A stretch of 64,000 nucleotides of DNA from Phoronis australis (taxonomy: Eukaryota; Animalia; Phoronida): positions 392,952 through 456,951 of the forward strand of contig NMRA01000072.1 in the NCBI GenBank assembly GCA_002633005.1. The letters are read 5' to 3'. Numbering within the stretch: the stretch's first letter is position 1; the number at the start of each line of letters is the position of its first letter. Under the pieces are notes generated by a model. It ran no database searches. It was not told where the DNA came from and worked only from the letters and a program-made list of their open reading frames with translations. Below are positions 11,329 to 26,300 of the stretch, one piece after another. Both the position numbers and the translations under genes were made by a program.

Positions 11329-14300
11329 ATGGAACAAAAGCAAGGCATGAAAACACACGGCCGTTCGATTGAGCAGCTCAGAGAGAAAAGGAGGCAGGAA
11401 GATATTGGTAAGCGTAAGGTTTTTAAGAAGATTAAAGCGCACGATGCTTGAGCTTTCGCACTGTTCTCGGGGCATTGTCCTGATATTGGGTTGAGCGTCC
11501 ACCTTTGGTTTAGTTGCCGAGGTCAATATGCATAAATTAAATGAGGCAAAATGCTATGCCATGAAGAGCTCCAGTCCCTTTTCTGTTTTATGGAACTATT
11601 TATTAGTTCTAAAATGTTGTGGTGATGTCATTATTTTGTAGCTGAAGTGTTTGGCTATCGAATGCATTAACTTTCAGCACTATGGAAAACTGCGCCACCT
11701 CGTGACCAATTTCTTTTAAAGGTTCTACAATAAACGTTATTCTGTAATTAAGATTAATTGTATTGTCCTTAATTGATATTTGTTAAAGAATGAAGTTTCA
11801 TTGGGGAGCCTTGAAAGAAAAATTGCCAAATTCTTCTAATAAAGGGATGGCAACCAAAAGACTTAAAAAAAGGCAACTGTGATTGTGGGGCCAATAATTA
11901 GAGAAAAAAATCTCCATAAGGAACAAAAACTTTCACTTGATCACGTTAATGAATGCTTAATTCCAAGTTCCTGCATACACGATCTTGAGATTATGTGAAA
12001 TTCCATGGCCACGCACAGCAGCCATCCTGTGACTGTATATTTTGTCAACTGATAGTTATTGTTAGGAGCACAGGCGTCCTCAGCTTCTGATCATCCTCAA
12101 TACACTACATATAATACTACAAGGTATGACACTCCCGACTAGAAATTCCACGGGTGCTTCACTTCAGCCGTCCATAGCAAATATAAAACTCAATAAATTT
12201 ACACAAAACAGAGGTTCAACAAACCATGAAGAATTGTTTTATACCATTCACGGTGTCCTGTTCCGGCGACTTTGTAAGAAATTCGCAGCCAAAGAACAAA
12301 AATGTTCACAAAAAGTCCCCACACACTTTCATCGTGGACCGCTCGAGGTCAAGGACGGTACGGAAATTGCCGGTTTGTTGCGTAAAGTCACGATGTCAAT
12401 AACTGTACACTATGGAGTACTTCCGTAACTTACCGGCAGAAAAACATATTTCCACTTCAAAGGTAGGGAGTAGACTTGTGCGTGAGCGTTAGTCGTTAAC
12501 CTGATCGAGTGTTTGCGATGATAAGATATTAAAAGACTGCAATGGTAAGAAACATTATAATAATGCCATGTTGCGAGGCAAACTCGATCTAGTAGGAGTA
12601 ACTTTCTGGATATTGTTACCACCTACACTGTACCCTTTTTAGTCACCCGGAATAATTTTGTTTTTAATTGCCCGTTTCAGCCAGAACAAGATTGTTTCTG
12701 TTGGAGTCTGAATATTTTACGGCGACGGTGGCCCGGGGAGTGAAAAGTTGCGGGGGGGATGTATGAAGAGAAGAATAAAAAGTTCGCTAACCACAATTTT
12801 GCGTCTAGTACCCATTTAGTTGCAATAGCTGGCTACGGGCATATAATATAGGGTTTAGGAAACATCAACCTCGCGAAACATCAGAACAGAAAAATATCAG
12901 TTCTGGATTATATCGGTCCCAGGGAATATCGTAAAGCATTGGGTCNCAAGGAAGCACAATAAGTTCAGACATACATGTCGTTAAACTTTGTCCCTTTTCG
13001 ATGTTCATTGATCCTTTACACTTGTAATTAATTTAACTCAGTCCTATCAGGGTTCGACGCTATTAAAATCGCGAGGTCGCATTTTCAAAATCCAGCTCAC
13101 ATTCATAAATGCCAGGTCGCGAAATTTTCCTGCCATTTTTCCCCGCCAAAATTGATTTTTAGATCATCAAAAAAATGTTTAGATTATGCTCTAGTACCTG
13201 CAGCGTTAAATACTCACAAATTTCAGATCGCAAAATTGAGTTTGTTCATGCACGTACGGCGTTACTGTTCTGCACGACCGCCACTGAAAGGCTCTAGAAC
13301 GCAAGGCAAGTAGCCGACGTGAATGTTGAATCAGTGCTCTCTAACTGACACGTGCATTTGAGTAGCTAAGTTTTGTGTGTAAAAAGGGAGAAAATGGCCG
13401 TTGAAAAAGTATTTTGCTAGGTCTGATCTGCTTCTGGCTTTCATCAAAGTCATTAAAGATCCAAACTCACTCGGAGTGCAAATTCTCTCCACTTTCTGTT
13501 CGCAGCCCAAATTTTGCCACTTAACGCGACGTTTGAAAGACATCTGTGGAAAAAAAATCCGTGAAACGATGCACTAACCGAATGACCTATTTGGATGCGC
13601 GGGAACAGTTCAGTGCAAATTTCACAACAAAAATGTGGTACTTGTGTTGTTTACGTACTCAACAATTAGTTTTCCATGAAATCAATAGCCTCGAAATAAT
13701 TTCCGACTCCCTCCTTGCGGGTTTCCATTGGGTAATGGTGAGATTGCGCCTCAATACCTTCCAAGTACAGGAAAACAAGGTCAGTCACAAAAGGACACGC
13801 ATATCACTAGTGATAACTTTCTTTCGGAGGTGTAAAACAAAGCCAGGATTTGCTTTTACATATTGAGAAAAGACGTTTTTTGAAAACTGAATTTGGTGTG
13901 TAAAAATGTGCACACTCAACCTAAATTATTGCGGGGGGGGGTTGTATTCTTCGATATGCGGACCTTTTATTGAAAAAAATCAACGAGGACTAAAAAAACG
14001 GAGTCACTAGGTTCAGGCCTGCCAATCGTGCATCCGCGCCGATTTCCTTTGGACTTTGTGGACTTTTGTCTCGTTTACTTATTATTTCATTGGGGCGGAC
14101 CTTTTTGCCCAATTCGCCAAATTGGGTCCGAGCCCCTCCCTGGTAAAATGAGAGTGACACACACCGTATAGACTGCGTGTTAATTTTAAACCACGCGCGG
14201 TCGTTTGGTAGTGTGCTATGATGGGCGCTAGCCTGAACTGTGGGCGCTTAATTGGAAATTCTCAAAAGTTGAGGGGGAACGTTTAGTAGATCAGTGAGCG

Positions 14301-17300
14301 CTTATTATGAAACACTTCAAAGGTAGGGAGTAGACTTGTGCGTGAGCATTAGTCGTTAACCTGATCGAGTGTTTGCGATGATAAGATATTAAAAGACTGC
14401 AATGGTAAGAAACATTATAATAATGCCATGTTGCGAGGCAAACTCGATCTAGTAGGAGTAACTTTCTGGATATTGTTACCACCTACACTGTACCCTTTTT
14501 AGTCACCCGGAATAATTTTGTTTTTAATTGCCCGTTTCAGCCAGAACAAGATTGTTTCTGTTGGAGTCTGAATATTTTACGGCGACGGTGGCCCGGGGAG
14601 TGAAAAGTTGCGGGGGGGATGTATGAAGAGAAGAATAAAAAGTTCGCTAACCACAATTTTGCGTCTAGTACCCATTTAGTTGCAATAGCTGGCTACGGGC
14701 ATATAATATAGGGTTTAGGAAACATCAACCTCGCGAAACATCAGAACAGAAAAATATCAGTTCTGGATTATATCGGTCCCAGGGAATATCGTAAAGCATT
14801 GGGTCTTTTATAACCACTGGGAATCTGTGACTTCATTTTCAAATAAACCACTGGTACCCGGGTGCTTAACAGAGACAAGCCGGTATACTCTTTCATTTAG
14901 GAAAGTTGCTGTTCTCTTTTGATGTGCAGCTTTGAAGTGGTGCGCACGTGGGAGTTCACGCACTTGAATCGCTGTAGTAGGCCTACACTTTATGTTGGCA
15001 ACAACGTGTGAAAGACAAATCAGAAAGAAGTAAAGGGGTTTGAGAATTTCTTGGCAACTGAAAGTAAAGACGTGGCCGTCGATTGGTGATTAATAGGGTT
15101 GCCATTTTCACTTTGACTGTCTTATGCCATAAAAACGAGATGCACATCAAGTCATGGTACCGCTTGCACGCTAACAACGGGACCGACCAGCAGTGTCGCA
15201 GTGCAATCAGGGATATTGTCGTGTACATTTGGTACATGTAATAAGGACATCTTACGCGAAAAATAAACATATTTTCCACCACAAAGTTTGGTAAATTGAT
15301 CGCTTTAGAATTAGTAGAAACACCGCTGTTTTGTGTCGTATTTTTACGTGCTATGCAGTGGCAGAAACTTTCTCCGACAAATCCGGAAATTTGCAAAATT
15401 GGCCAAAAATGTTAGCCAATGAAACGCGTCAAAGATCAATTTTGCACATCCCATGTTCACACGACTTGCTTACAAGTCATCGGGAGGGCTGTTCTCGTTT
15501 AGTGTTCATTTGAACTTTGTTTTGGCACCAACCAAATAACAGTCTGATTAACAAGAGTTGCTTTATATTTACCAGGTATTTGCCGAGAAGTGTAAAAACT
15601 CAGCTCGTTGAAAATTTTAGGTCGCATTTTGCGACTTGATATGAGCTGACAAAAATCTCAGCTCGCATTTCCAAATTTCAGGTCACAAATGCGACCTGCA
15701 ACTCGTTATGTCGAGCCCTGCCTATTGCCCCTGATACAATTTATTCGGTCACATGTTACAAATGGCCCATTGTGGCCGATGACACATCTTCTTTGGTCAT
15801 GTGACATGATTTGCATATTACTAAGGTCAAAACTCTTAAAGGTAAATAAAGTTAGTTTTGTTAATGTACTTATATCCAATCTATTATTCACAATTTACTG
15901 TTTCCTTATGTGTTCTTAAGTTCATCGCTGAAACTATAATCAAGAGTATTCCCATGAAAGGGTGATCATCTCTATGCCTACGGCATCCATGGGTGATTAT
16001 TGCTTACCATGTTACCTAGTTTCTAAGTCTTGTCAATCCCATGGAGTTTGATAAATCCTCGGTTCCATACCGGTACTGGATCGTAAATCACTGCAAAGTG
16101 GTGGTGCAATGACCCTGTAATGGGAATGCTTAAACTGCAACGCTCGACGTAGGCGAAAATGTCCACTTGAAAATATGAGTGACTGCATATATGCCACTAG
16201 TATTCCAGGATTCGGGTTCAGATTTGTAAAAAACAAACATCGGCTCGGTGCCGTTTGAGTAATGCCATTGACATCTATTTTCTTCTCGTATTTCACTTTT
16301 TCTACCTACTTATATCAAGCTCTGATGTGTTTACTGCATGACCCATTATGTAACTCAACTTAAAGACCCTACATAACGGCCAAATGACTTTTGAACATGT
16401 TAAATATCTGTATCATTGATCGACACAAACATATCCCTTCCTTTACTCCTGGCATTAGCTAATTACGCCAATTACTATCGCCCGTCTCGTTTAAATTTAA
16501 TGGTCTCATGCCTAAGCAAATGTCCCGGGATTTACTTCTTCATTACATTAGTCAGTTCTGACCATTAAAATACTATTGTTGGCGATTTATCCAAATTATC
16601 ATTTACTCATCATTTTTAGAAGAAAGCATCTCACTAAAATACATGTGCTCAGGTACATATCTCTCACACGGAGCTTATCACTGCCTGAAATCAATGATGC
16701 CCACTGGCTGTGAGATAGCAAACGTATGATTTTCATCCCAGTAAGGATGTCTCTGAATGTTTACAGTCTAGCTCAGACCCTGGGCAAAATTCAATCTAGT
16801 CTTAGTTAATACATGTATGTCATTAGATTAAAGCAGATGTAATATTCTTTTAAATGCGTTGACTGTGCTTATCTGAGGACAAGAACAGTGTGAAATTTGT
16901 TTCTTTTTAAAAGCAACATTTTATGCAGATTGGAATTTTGTACACACGTTCATAAAATATTTTTAAGCTTGCATTAAATAACGAGCATTTAAAATTTCAG
17001 TGTCCAGAAAGCAGCGACGTGAACAAGTGCTCGATGCCAAGCGAGTGCGTATGGACAGTGAATGTGAGGATGAAGTTGATGATGTCACAGAGTCGGAGGT
17101 AATCATCCCGCGTTAATGCGCTGTAGCCTGTAATAAACGACAGTTTCCAAGAGTTGCATACTGGCAGCTAATGTATGAAGAATAATGTAGACATTGATTA
17201 AGAAACAGAATTTTTATTAGTTTCACAAAGAATAACAGCTTGTCTCATTCTTGCTTTCTTTATTCTTTAAAAGTGTCTGAATTCATATGCAGTTAGGTGG

Positions 17301-20300
17301 CATGAGTCCTAAGTGATCATTCCTCACTATTTTGTGGGAGTCGCCCATTCACCCATGTATGATAAAAAGCACGACTGTTATCTCAGAGCATTGAAGTATC
17401 TTAACACTACTCCCATGCTTTTGGTCACATGTAAATGCCAAAAGTTTGCATTTTGCTCTTTTCAGCACTCTGCCATTAGGGTACTTAATAACCGTATTCT
17501 TAGGATTGCGTCAAAAAAGAAATATAACTATGGTTAGTAATATCTCTTATCCTCTCATTGGATCAAGTATTTGTCTCAGTATGGCATCTATTAGGTTATA
17601 TACTCATTTTGTTGGCGTCACTCTTGCTGGTACACTTGATAATTTATAATTTCATTTTTGTTTGTAGTTTTCATGAGCATGTGTGTGTATTTACATAATA
17701 GGTGGAAACAGCCACAGCCAACCTAAAGAAGTCGTTATCATCACGTAAACAGGCTCTACGAACCTTAAGACGAGCATTTGGACAGGGCACACTCTACATA
17801 GACTTGTTTATGGGGTAGGTTAAAGGCGCCGTATTATCTTCATAGATTTGTGGCTGGGGTAACTTTCAGACGCGTTTACAGAATAGGCTATGGCCGTCTA
17901 CTTTGTACAAAGACGTGTTTATGAGTAGGTTACTGTCGAATTAAACTTCGGATTTTTGTCCTTTAGCTTCGAGTTGTAGACTGATTTTATGACTTTTTGC
18001 CTCAGTCTGATATCGTGAAAAGACTAAGCTACCCATAGACTGATATTTAGCCAAGCCATGACTAAGTTACCCATAGACTGATATTTAGCCTAGTCTTGAC
18101 TAAGCTACCCATAGACTGATGTTTAGCCAAGTCATGACTAAGTTACCCGTAGACTGATATTTAGCCAAGTCATGACTAAGCTACCCGTAGACTGATATTT
18201 AGCCAAAAGTCATGACTCTTCATGAAACAGGCCATTGGTAGACTAGACATGTTTAAGATGGTAGATACTATCTGCAATGTGCGCTGGCATGTTTGTGAAA
18301 GGGTATACAGACTGGCCGTTATGTTGACCGGGTAACCTTTGTGTAGATTTGTAATGGAGATGGTTAAAGTTTCAACAATCGATGTGGGCATGTTTGCGGA
18401 GTTCTAAACAGAACACGATCTACATAATTCCAGACTACCTAACATGCTTGCTACTTCAGTGGGCATTTTTACATTTATTCTCTTTTAATGTGGACGTCTT
18501 CGACTTTGATGTACCAGACTTCCCCGTTTGTATTTCAGAATCCCAGATGCACTAACGACTCTAGTGGGTATCTTGAGTGGAAGTGACACCGAACTTCAAA
18601 CAGAGGCAGTGTGCTGCGTAACTAACCTGGCGTCTGGCATGCACGATCACACGCTCAAAGTAGCAGAAGCTGCTGCCCCCTATCTGATCACATACCTCAG
18701 CGGTAGTAACACACAGCTTCAGGTACAGCACTGTCTTTTTATGAGAAGTCAGGTCAGAATATACCTCTTGTGGACAAATCACGAAAGTTTCAATTTTTAT
18801 CATTAATTTAGAAAACATCCAGTAAAGTTCACTATAGTTGGATCAAACCAGACCAACAGATTTTATTCAAGTAAGGCAAATCCGCCTTGTCTGAATTGCT
18901 GAGTGAAAGAGCTATAACAGCCGTACTGTGGAACTTTGTCAGAGTTCAGCAAAAATCTGACTTATTTGTACCGGACTTTTACAAATTTTACATTAGTGTG
19001 GTTTTCACACTATGACAATAGACTTGTCCTTGCACCTTTTCTTTCAAATATCTTGGGAGCCCCATAACATCGTACTCATTATATATTGATAGTGTGTATT
19101 TTGAGCTTTTAATGTAGTTAAACCCTCCTCCCCAGATGACAATGCGAATGCTTGGCAACAGCACCACTTGCTTGTCCAAATTATGAGCATGTTACCACTA
19201 TTTACTTAACAATGCTGTCACCTTTATATCTGGATACAATAGATTAGCACAAAATATTGTGAAGGATCCATTCGTCATCAGCCAACTGCAGCTTTTTAGG
19301 CAGCTCAATGATTTAGTCGTTAATCACAAGAAAGACTCGCGCTGCGGTCCCCTAAAACATATAATTCTTCTCAGCTGACACGACTTAATTCTTTTTCTTC
19401 CATCCAAAATGCATAATTTCCTTACACAATTTTTTGACCTAATTAATTACTGGTGCCTTCCTCAGTGTTGTAGAGGTGGCACTGTGCACTGAACGTTGTC
19501 ATAGACCGGGCGGAGTTTTTAAGCACCCTCATCACAGTACGTAGGTTTTTCTGGTCTGGTCCAGATAGATTACTGTGTATTGAAATCATTAGATTCCCCA
19601 TCATTGATAGTCACACCATTCTGGTTGACCACTTTATTTTCTCTTCTGGTAAGTAATTGCAGATTTATTTATTTCGTCAAGGTAGTTTTTTCTGGAAGCC
19701 ATTGTAAAGAATTTGTTTGGTCTTAGTTTTTATGGATGATACGTCTTCTACTTGGTGTACTACAGTACTCATCTGGTTTACTGCCCTTGTTCGGCTCACC
19801 GCCCACCCCCGAAATTTTCGATTTTTCATTTTTAAGCGCTCATGTTTGGCTTACCTCCACCGTCTTTTTAGATTCCCAATTTATGTGCCCTCGGCAGTAA
19901 CCTGGACGAGTACGGTATGTGTTTTGTGAATTATCTAATATTATAATTGGTTAGTAATGTTGTTGTGTGAATTATTATTCCATTTTTATGTTGACAGGAG
20001 CAGTGTTCATGGGCTCTGGGCAACATCGGTGGTGATAGTGCTGAGTGCAGGGAACTGCTCAAGGCCCAGGGTGTGTTAGCACCCCTCGTCAAGTTGATGA
20101 AGGTAGGTCACAACAAGGGGTCTAGGCAATAGAGGACATGGAGGGACTTCATCACAGGGTTGGGAAACAATGAATCATCACCAAGGTTTTTGTTGTCATT
20201 TTTATGTTTTGTGGCTGCCCATAATAAAAAGTTGTGGGGAAATGCTGTCAGCTATTTCGGAAAGTTTAACATGGATTTTAGGCAAATCACATGGGGCCAT

Positions 20301-23300
20301 TCAAGACGAGAAATGTGCAGTGTAAGTTTTCCTCAGCCATTTTAACCCTAGTCATTCGTATACGGTTTTGAGTATCCTAGAAAAATTTCAAATTTGGCTA
20401 CCTTCGGAATATCATATTTCAAAAAAGGCAGGGTGGATTCATCTTATACTTTCAGGTACTGTTCTATATGCATTGTTCTTTAAAAACGCTGTTTGGAATT
20501 GTTTTAAGCATGATACACTTTTGAATTTGAATGAGGGGCTAATTCTACAGGCTTTATACTTTTAGAAAATATATATTACTTTCACTGAGGGCTGTTCCAG
20601 TAAAATCTGTATGGGAGGGGGGGAAGGCACTTTTTTTTTGCACCCANGGTGCTATGTAAATTAACCTTAATTTAAAAGTGCAACAATAATTGTAATGATA
20701 ATTCATATCGTTCTTCTCAGTATTTTGTCATCTTAGTCTGTGATTGAATAGGGTTCTGAAATTGGTTCAAGGAATGTTGAGGAATTACAGGCGAACTTTG
20801 TTTATACCTTCTATTGCTTGTGTTTCCATTTGGAATACAAGTTTGAAGATGTTTTGGAAATACTGTGGAATTGTAGGCGTAGCACATTCGAATTTATCCC
20901 CCCAGTTTGTGTGCGTTCTCCTCCTTGGAAAGTTTTTAGCAAGTTCAGTAAAGACGACAGGGGTGATATTTGAATCAATTACAAGCTGATATTTCTGTTT
21001 GTTCTTTCTTCCAGTCATCAGAGCCCAGTGTTGTGCGTACGGCAGCGTTTGCGTTGTCTAACTTGGCCAGAGGACCTGGAGATCTCACAAAGTAAGTTAG
21101 CACACTGATCATCTGGTGGCAGCTTTTGGAAACACATTAGCTTTTTTGTGGCTACTTTAAAATGATATTTGCAAAAGGGAGTTGCAGTAATTCTTCTCTT
21201 AATCCGTGTAAAAAACTTATAGTTTACATAGACATTTGCTGTGTAAATTGTTAGCAGAGTTTTACAGGGTTAGGCAGCTGAGGTCTTGAAATATTAAAGG
21301 AGAAATTCTGATGTGATATGGGAGGCAAAATTTATGCGAATTATTTGAAAGCGTGTGCATGATTGAAGAGAAGAATTAAAATTTATTTAACTAGCAGGGC
21401 TGTAACAGATTCAATTTCTGGTCTCAGCCATGACTTTAGAGTTGCTGCAAAGCCTTGTTACTGGGTCAAAACCACATTTTTCGGTTTCCATGGCATTTAT
21501 CGGTCGTCACCAGAGACAATGCAGTAAGCTATCAGTGTGCTATCTAATTGACATGGTGCTGATACAAATTTTGGCGAAATCTTCCAAATCACTGTGTGTA
21601 TAAGGAACCGTGTCAAAGAGATCAGGATCCTTTATGGCTAGAGTAATGAATTGAACGACTTTACTGACGTTAGTTGTGTATTTGGAAAATGATTTGGTAT
21701 AGTCTGTAAATCATGCATGCATGTGGAAATTGGTTTTGATGAGTTTTATCTTCGTGTCAAACATGTACTTTTAAAAAGTGGAGTTAAGTGCATTTTGATA
21801 CATGCCAAAGCGAGCTATTTGAATGTTGATCATAGTTGTGGAAATGTTTGACACTATTTTTGTCATTTAGTTTGGAATATTTTGAAGTTGCTAAAATTCT
21901 ACCTTCCATCACAAAAATTACTTCTAGTTAAGACCACCTGCTGTTATATGATGACACTCTCAAATTTTTCTTTAATCCCATTTGATGTGATTAAGAATGA
22001 TTTGACTGGTTGTTATAAGTTGAGACCAGGCACTGCAAGTTGGCTTGTCCTGGTGAGCATTGTCTCTAGCAGGGACAAACTGTCAGATTTTTCCAGTCCT
22101 AGAAATCACCTAAATAAAGATTCATTTGGGACCAATTTTATACCAATAAGTTGGTAGCCTCAATTAAAAGTGAGTTTCTTTGGTTAGACTTGGGTTTTTT
22201 AGCCATTTTAATGTAATTTTGGGACTTTTCATGTCAAGTCACTACAGTGAATGAAAGAAAAATGATAGTGATTTTCCTTAGATTGTTAAACAAAAGAAGC
22301 ATCAAGCAGTGGTCGTGTAATCAACCAAATATAGACCAATCACTTGGGCGTATCATTTCTCACCTTGATGTCACCCTCGGAATCAGTCCATGTTTGTAAA
22401 ATACAAAATTGCTTGCCTTTACTGAAACTGAAAAATACCTTAAACAAGGCTTAGTTCTTAAAATAAACTAATTTTGGTGAAAAAAATCTGTGAATGAGTG
22501 CAAGAAACTGAAGTTTTTTTATTTTGAAATTAGACAGAATAAGTGACAGAAAGGGAAACTTTTTTACACTCCACTTTAAACCATGTTCTGATGCCAGTTA
22601 TTTTCACAGGTGTATTTACTTTTGGGAACCAAAGTCATTGCGTTCTTTTATTTGAATTGAAATTGATTCCTTTAAAACACCTGCGATTCTTCTGTCGGCC
22701 ATATTGCCTATAAACAACTGAAACCATCGGGCCGTGTCAAACAACTTAATGAACCTGGTCTGATGCAATAACGAACTAACAGTTGTTCTCAAGCCTAGAA
22801 ATCAATACTAAACTTAGTAAGGAACAAGATGAGACCGATTTTTTCAATGGTTAGCAGCTTGAGTCAAAAAATCTTTTAACAGAAGTTGCAGGTTCAGCGA
22901 GCTTGCGTTTAGTAGATGTGTATATAGGGCACAGCCCTGGTCTGCGAACACTATTTGTAGGGTTCAGTTATAAACTGCCTGGGCAACTTCTTTGTAAAGA
23001 CCATGACGAATTCCGACTGGTTCAGTAAATGACTGTAGGGCTCTGTTGTTTTTAGAGTGTTTGATATATTGGGACTTTTACAGTGGAGATGGTTTTGGGA
23101 AGTTTGTTGTTTTTGTATAGGCTTTCCGTATTTAAACTTGAAACCATTTTAGCAAACAGATCATGCTGTCTCGTATAAGACTTATCAAAATGAGATTGTT
23201 GTTGAAATCACAAAATAAATTAGAGTGTGCTTACACTTTTTCATGTTTTACAGTTTACAGTTGCAGTGATCACATTTTATTTAACAACACTTCACAGTTT

Positions 23301-26300
23301 GATGCTTAATGTTTCTTTGATGATGCAGTGTGTCCTGCTTTGCTGTTTTTATCCTAAAGTTACAGCTACAAAACACTTGGAAATGTGTTGCGGTAACTCC
23401 ATCTAGTGTTTAATTAGGGAATCAACTCATTCTCTAACCTAATAATAGCCATATTATATTCATTGCTTGCATACAGAGACTTGTAGTGGGTAACTTATTG
23501 TGTTCATTCCTAAGCAAACGTGTATAGTCAGTTTTTCTGAAACCCCCTGATATGAATACTTATGTTTAGAAACAAGCCCTGGCTAATTTTAGTGGTCCCA
23601 TATATGTATTTGTTTTTGTTGTTTTTTTTGTTTGCAGGGTTATATTGATTAGTGCACTGCATTTCTTCTATTTTTAGGCCATGCATTATTCAAGTATTCA
23701 GTTTGATAAATTACCGAATAAACAATTTTCATTTGCTTTTTTAAATTTCAAATTGAAAATCTCACAAAAATAGCTCATTTTTGGTATTGACCTGTTGCGT
23801 GTTTTAGAGAGATGATGGACGCCAACGTTGCCTCATCACTGCTGGAGTACATTGTGTATGATGAAGATAAGCTGGACATCGCCAGCGAAGTGGCGTGGAC
23901 ACTCACATTTTTAACAGCCAGGTACGTACTTCAAATCGAAGAGGCAATTCCCGTATAAGATATGTAGATATGTGGTCACGAAATTGTAGTATATCATTCT
24001 ACCATTTCTCTGCTTCTGTCCTCTGCTGTTTAAGAGGAGAGTAATCGGTTTTGCTGTTACCTTTTGTGAAAATACAGATCCTTGGTTGTATTAGAAAAAC
24101 ATTTTCAGCATTAATAACTGTTGCCCTGGCATGTATTTACTGTCCATGCAACAATGGAACGCGATGTAAACGGGCCAGCAAAAGGCCCGGATCTTGCAAT
24201 GTGCGACTCGCTAATAAAGTCGGTCTGGGCCGGTTACTTGTGTTTGCTAATGAACGGAATGCAGAACCAAAATGTAGGCCTTTTGCTGGATAGTTTAGGT
24301 CACTTTCTATTGTTGCGTGGATAGCAAATGCACGTCAAGGGANGTCACGAAATTGTAGTATATCATTCTACCATTTCTCTGCTTCTGTCCTCTGCTGTTT
24401 AAGAGGAGAGAAATCAGTTTTGCTGTTACCTTTTGTGAAAATACAGATCCTTGGTTGTATTAGAAAAACATTTTCAGCATTAATAACTGTTGCCCTGGCA
24501 TGTATTTACTGTCCATGCAACAATGGAACGCGATGTAAACGGGCCAGCAAAAGGCCCGGATCTTGCAATGTGCGACTCGCTAATAAAGTCGGTCTGGGCC
24601 GGTTACTTGTGTTTGCTAATGAACGGAATGCAGAACCAAAATGTAGGCCTTTTGCTGGATAGTTTAGGTCACTTTCTATTGTTGCGTGGATAGCAAATGC
24701 ACGTCAAGGGAATAACAATTATTGCAGAAAAACATATTTCTAAGTCAATCAGTTAACGTCAGATCAATTGTTTACCCTTTAAGTTGATCTCTATGTTGTA
24801 TATTTATATCTTGTATATTCGTGGTTTATAGTCATGATGTTTTCTCTTATGATTTTTCAATTATTCTAGCCTTGTCTGTTCTTTAAATGTTTGACTAAAA
24901 TCGAAAAGCAACTTCTACTGTATGTGCAAGGCTGTACATTTTAGATCGTGGTCATATTCGATTGTATGTATGCATCCTTTGTGTCATTCTAGATATGTTA
25001 ATGGATGAAAGAATTACCATGTTTACATGATCCCTCACACAATGGTTTGTTTTTGGCTTGAAATCACTAGATTTGAAGTTGAATAAATTGTCTTTATACA
25101 TAAACATTTACAAAACACGGCTTCCTTTGGAATTCACACACACAATTTTATTTTTTAAAAATTGTTGAATTTCTTAGCTTGATCAAAGTAATTCCAACAA
25201 TAACAATCGGGTTCATTTGAAAGTCAGGCAAAAATTTGCCCAGAATTGTGTCAATTTTCATAGATAAAAGATTTCTTTGTTACTGTAAGTTGTTCTAATT
25301 TCCTCTTTCAGACTGGAATATGATGCAGGGCTCGTGGAACATGGTATTATCACCAAACTTGTCAGCATGGTGGTGAAATTAGCTGAGGATGTAGACAGTT
25401 GTTCTATAGAGGTATGTCAATAGGCACCGCTGTGTGTTTAGTAGCTTTTCATTCACCAGGTGGCGTGACCATCTGGTCCACTAGTCTGCTCACCCAGAAC
25501 TGTCAAACGATGTGGAAATCTACAGCATTTCGTGAATCCAGTCAAAAATAGATCAGCGATGAGACAATGTAGAAGAACGTTGAGCAGGAAGAAATGAAGC
25601 CCAGTTATCAAAAGCAGAAATGGTTACAAGATAATGTTACGCTTTTTGTCTGAAAATATTGCATGTCAAGATAATCTGACTATATCTAAGTAAGATAATA
25701 CATTTTAAAAAAAAGTTGGTAATATGTTACCAAAGTTGTTTATTGTTTGCCAGAGATGTGGAAACAGAACAAAAAGTCAGAAATTTAGTTGAAAGTCAGA
25801 TGATAACTATGTGTGTAAGTTGTGGATAAAAGTATTGTAGTTGAAACTTGCTGATGGCTGGTTATATAACAGGCAAAGAGGAACCAGAAATGGAAAATCA
25901 GAGGACAGCGACATCGGCGAAGTAGCATTTGAATTATCTTCCATAAATTTTTCAAAAATGTGAAAAATAAGATTTTAGAAGGAAGACGAAATAATATATG
26001 TCTCAAGTCCCCGTGTGGTCTAATGTGATAGTTGACCGGGTCATTTTGAAACTGTAAATAAGGTCCGCCAAATCTGTTGAGTCAGTCTGGCCAATTAAAA
26101 TGTAACAAGTTAGTTATCTTCATTGGGAGAAAAATATCAGTATCTTACTTCCCATACATGTTCTGAGCGTGAAGTGCCAGGAAAATCATCCCATTGCATG
26201 AGCCAACATAATGTAGTACACAGTGTATATACAGGAGGCAGTGTGGCCTAGTGTGATAGGTGCCCGTTTTTATACTCAAGGTCATGTTTTCAAGTCCCAC

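Noticed and set aside
18022-18218. 38-bp repeats of CRISPR-like length
   Set aside because: The units are contiguous with no unique spacers and sit in a eukaryotic intron: a minisatellite.
21940-22030. C-box-like ATGATGA with short flanking stem in a TMCO6 intron
   Set aside because: No CTGA D box in the right position and no recognisable rRNA antisense element.
23975-24711. Two identical 80-aa ORFs suggesting a tandem gene pair
   Set aside because: Intronic and centred on a single 'n'; a contig-overlap artefact.
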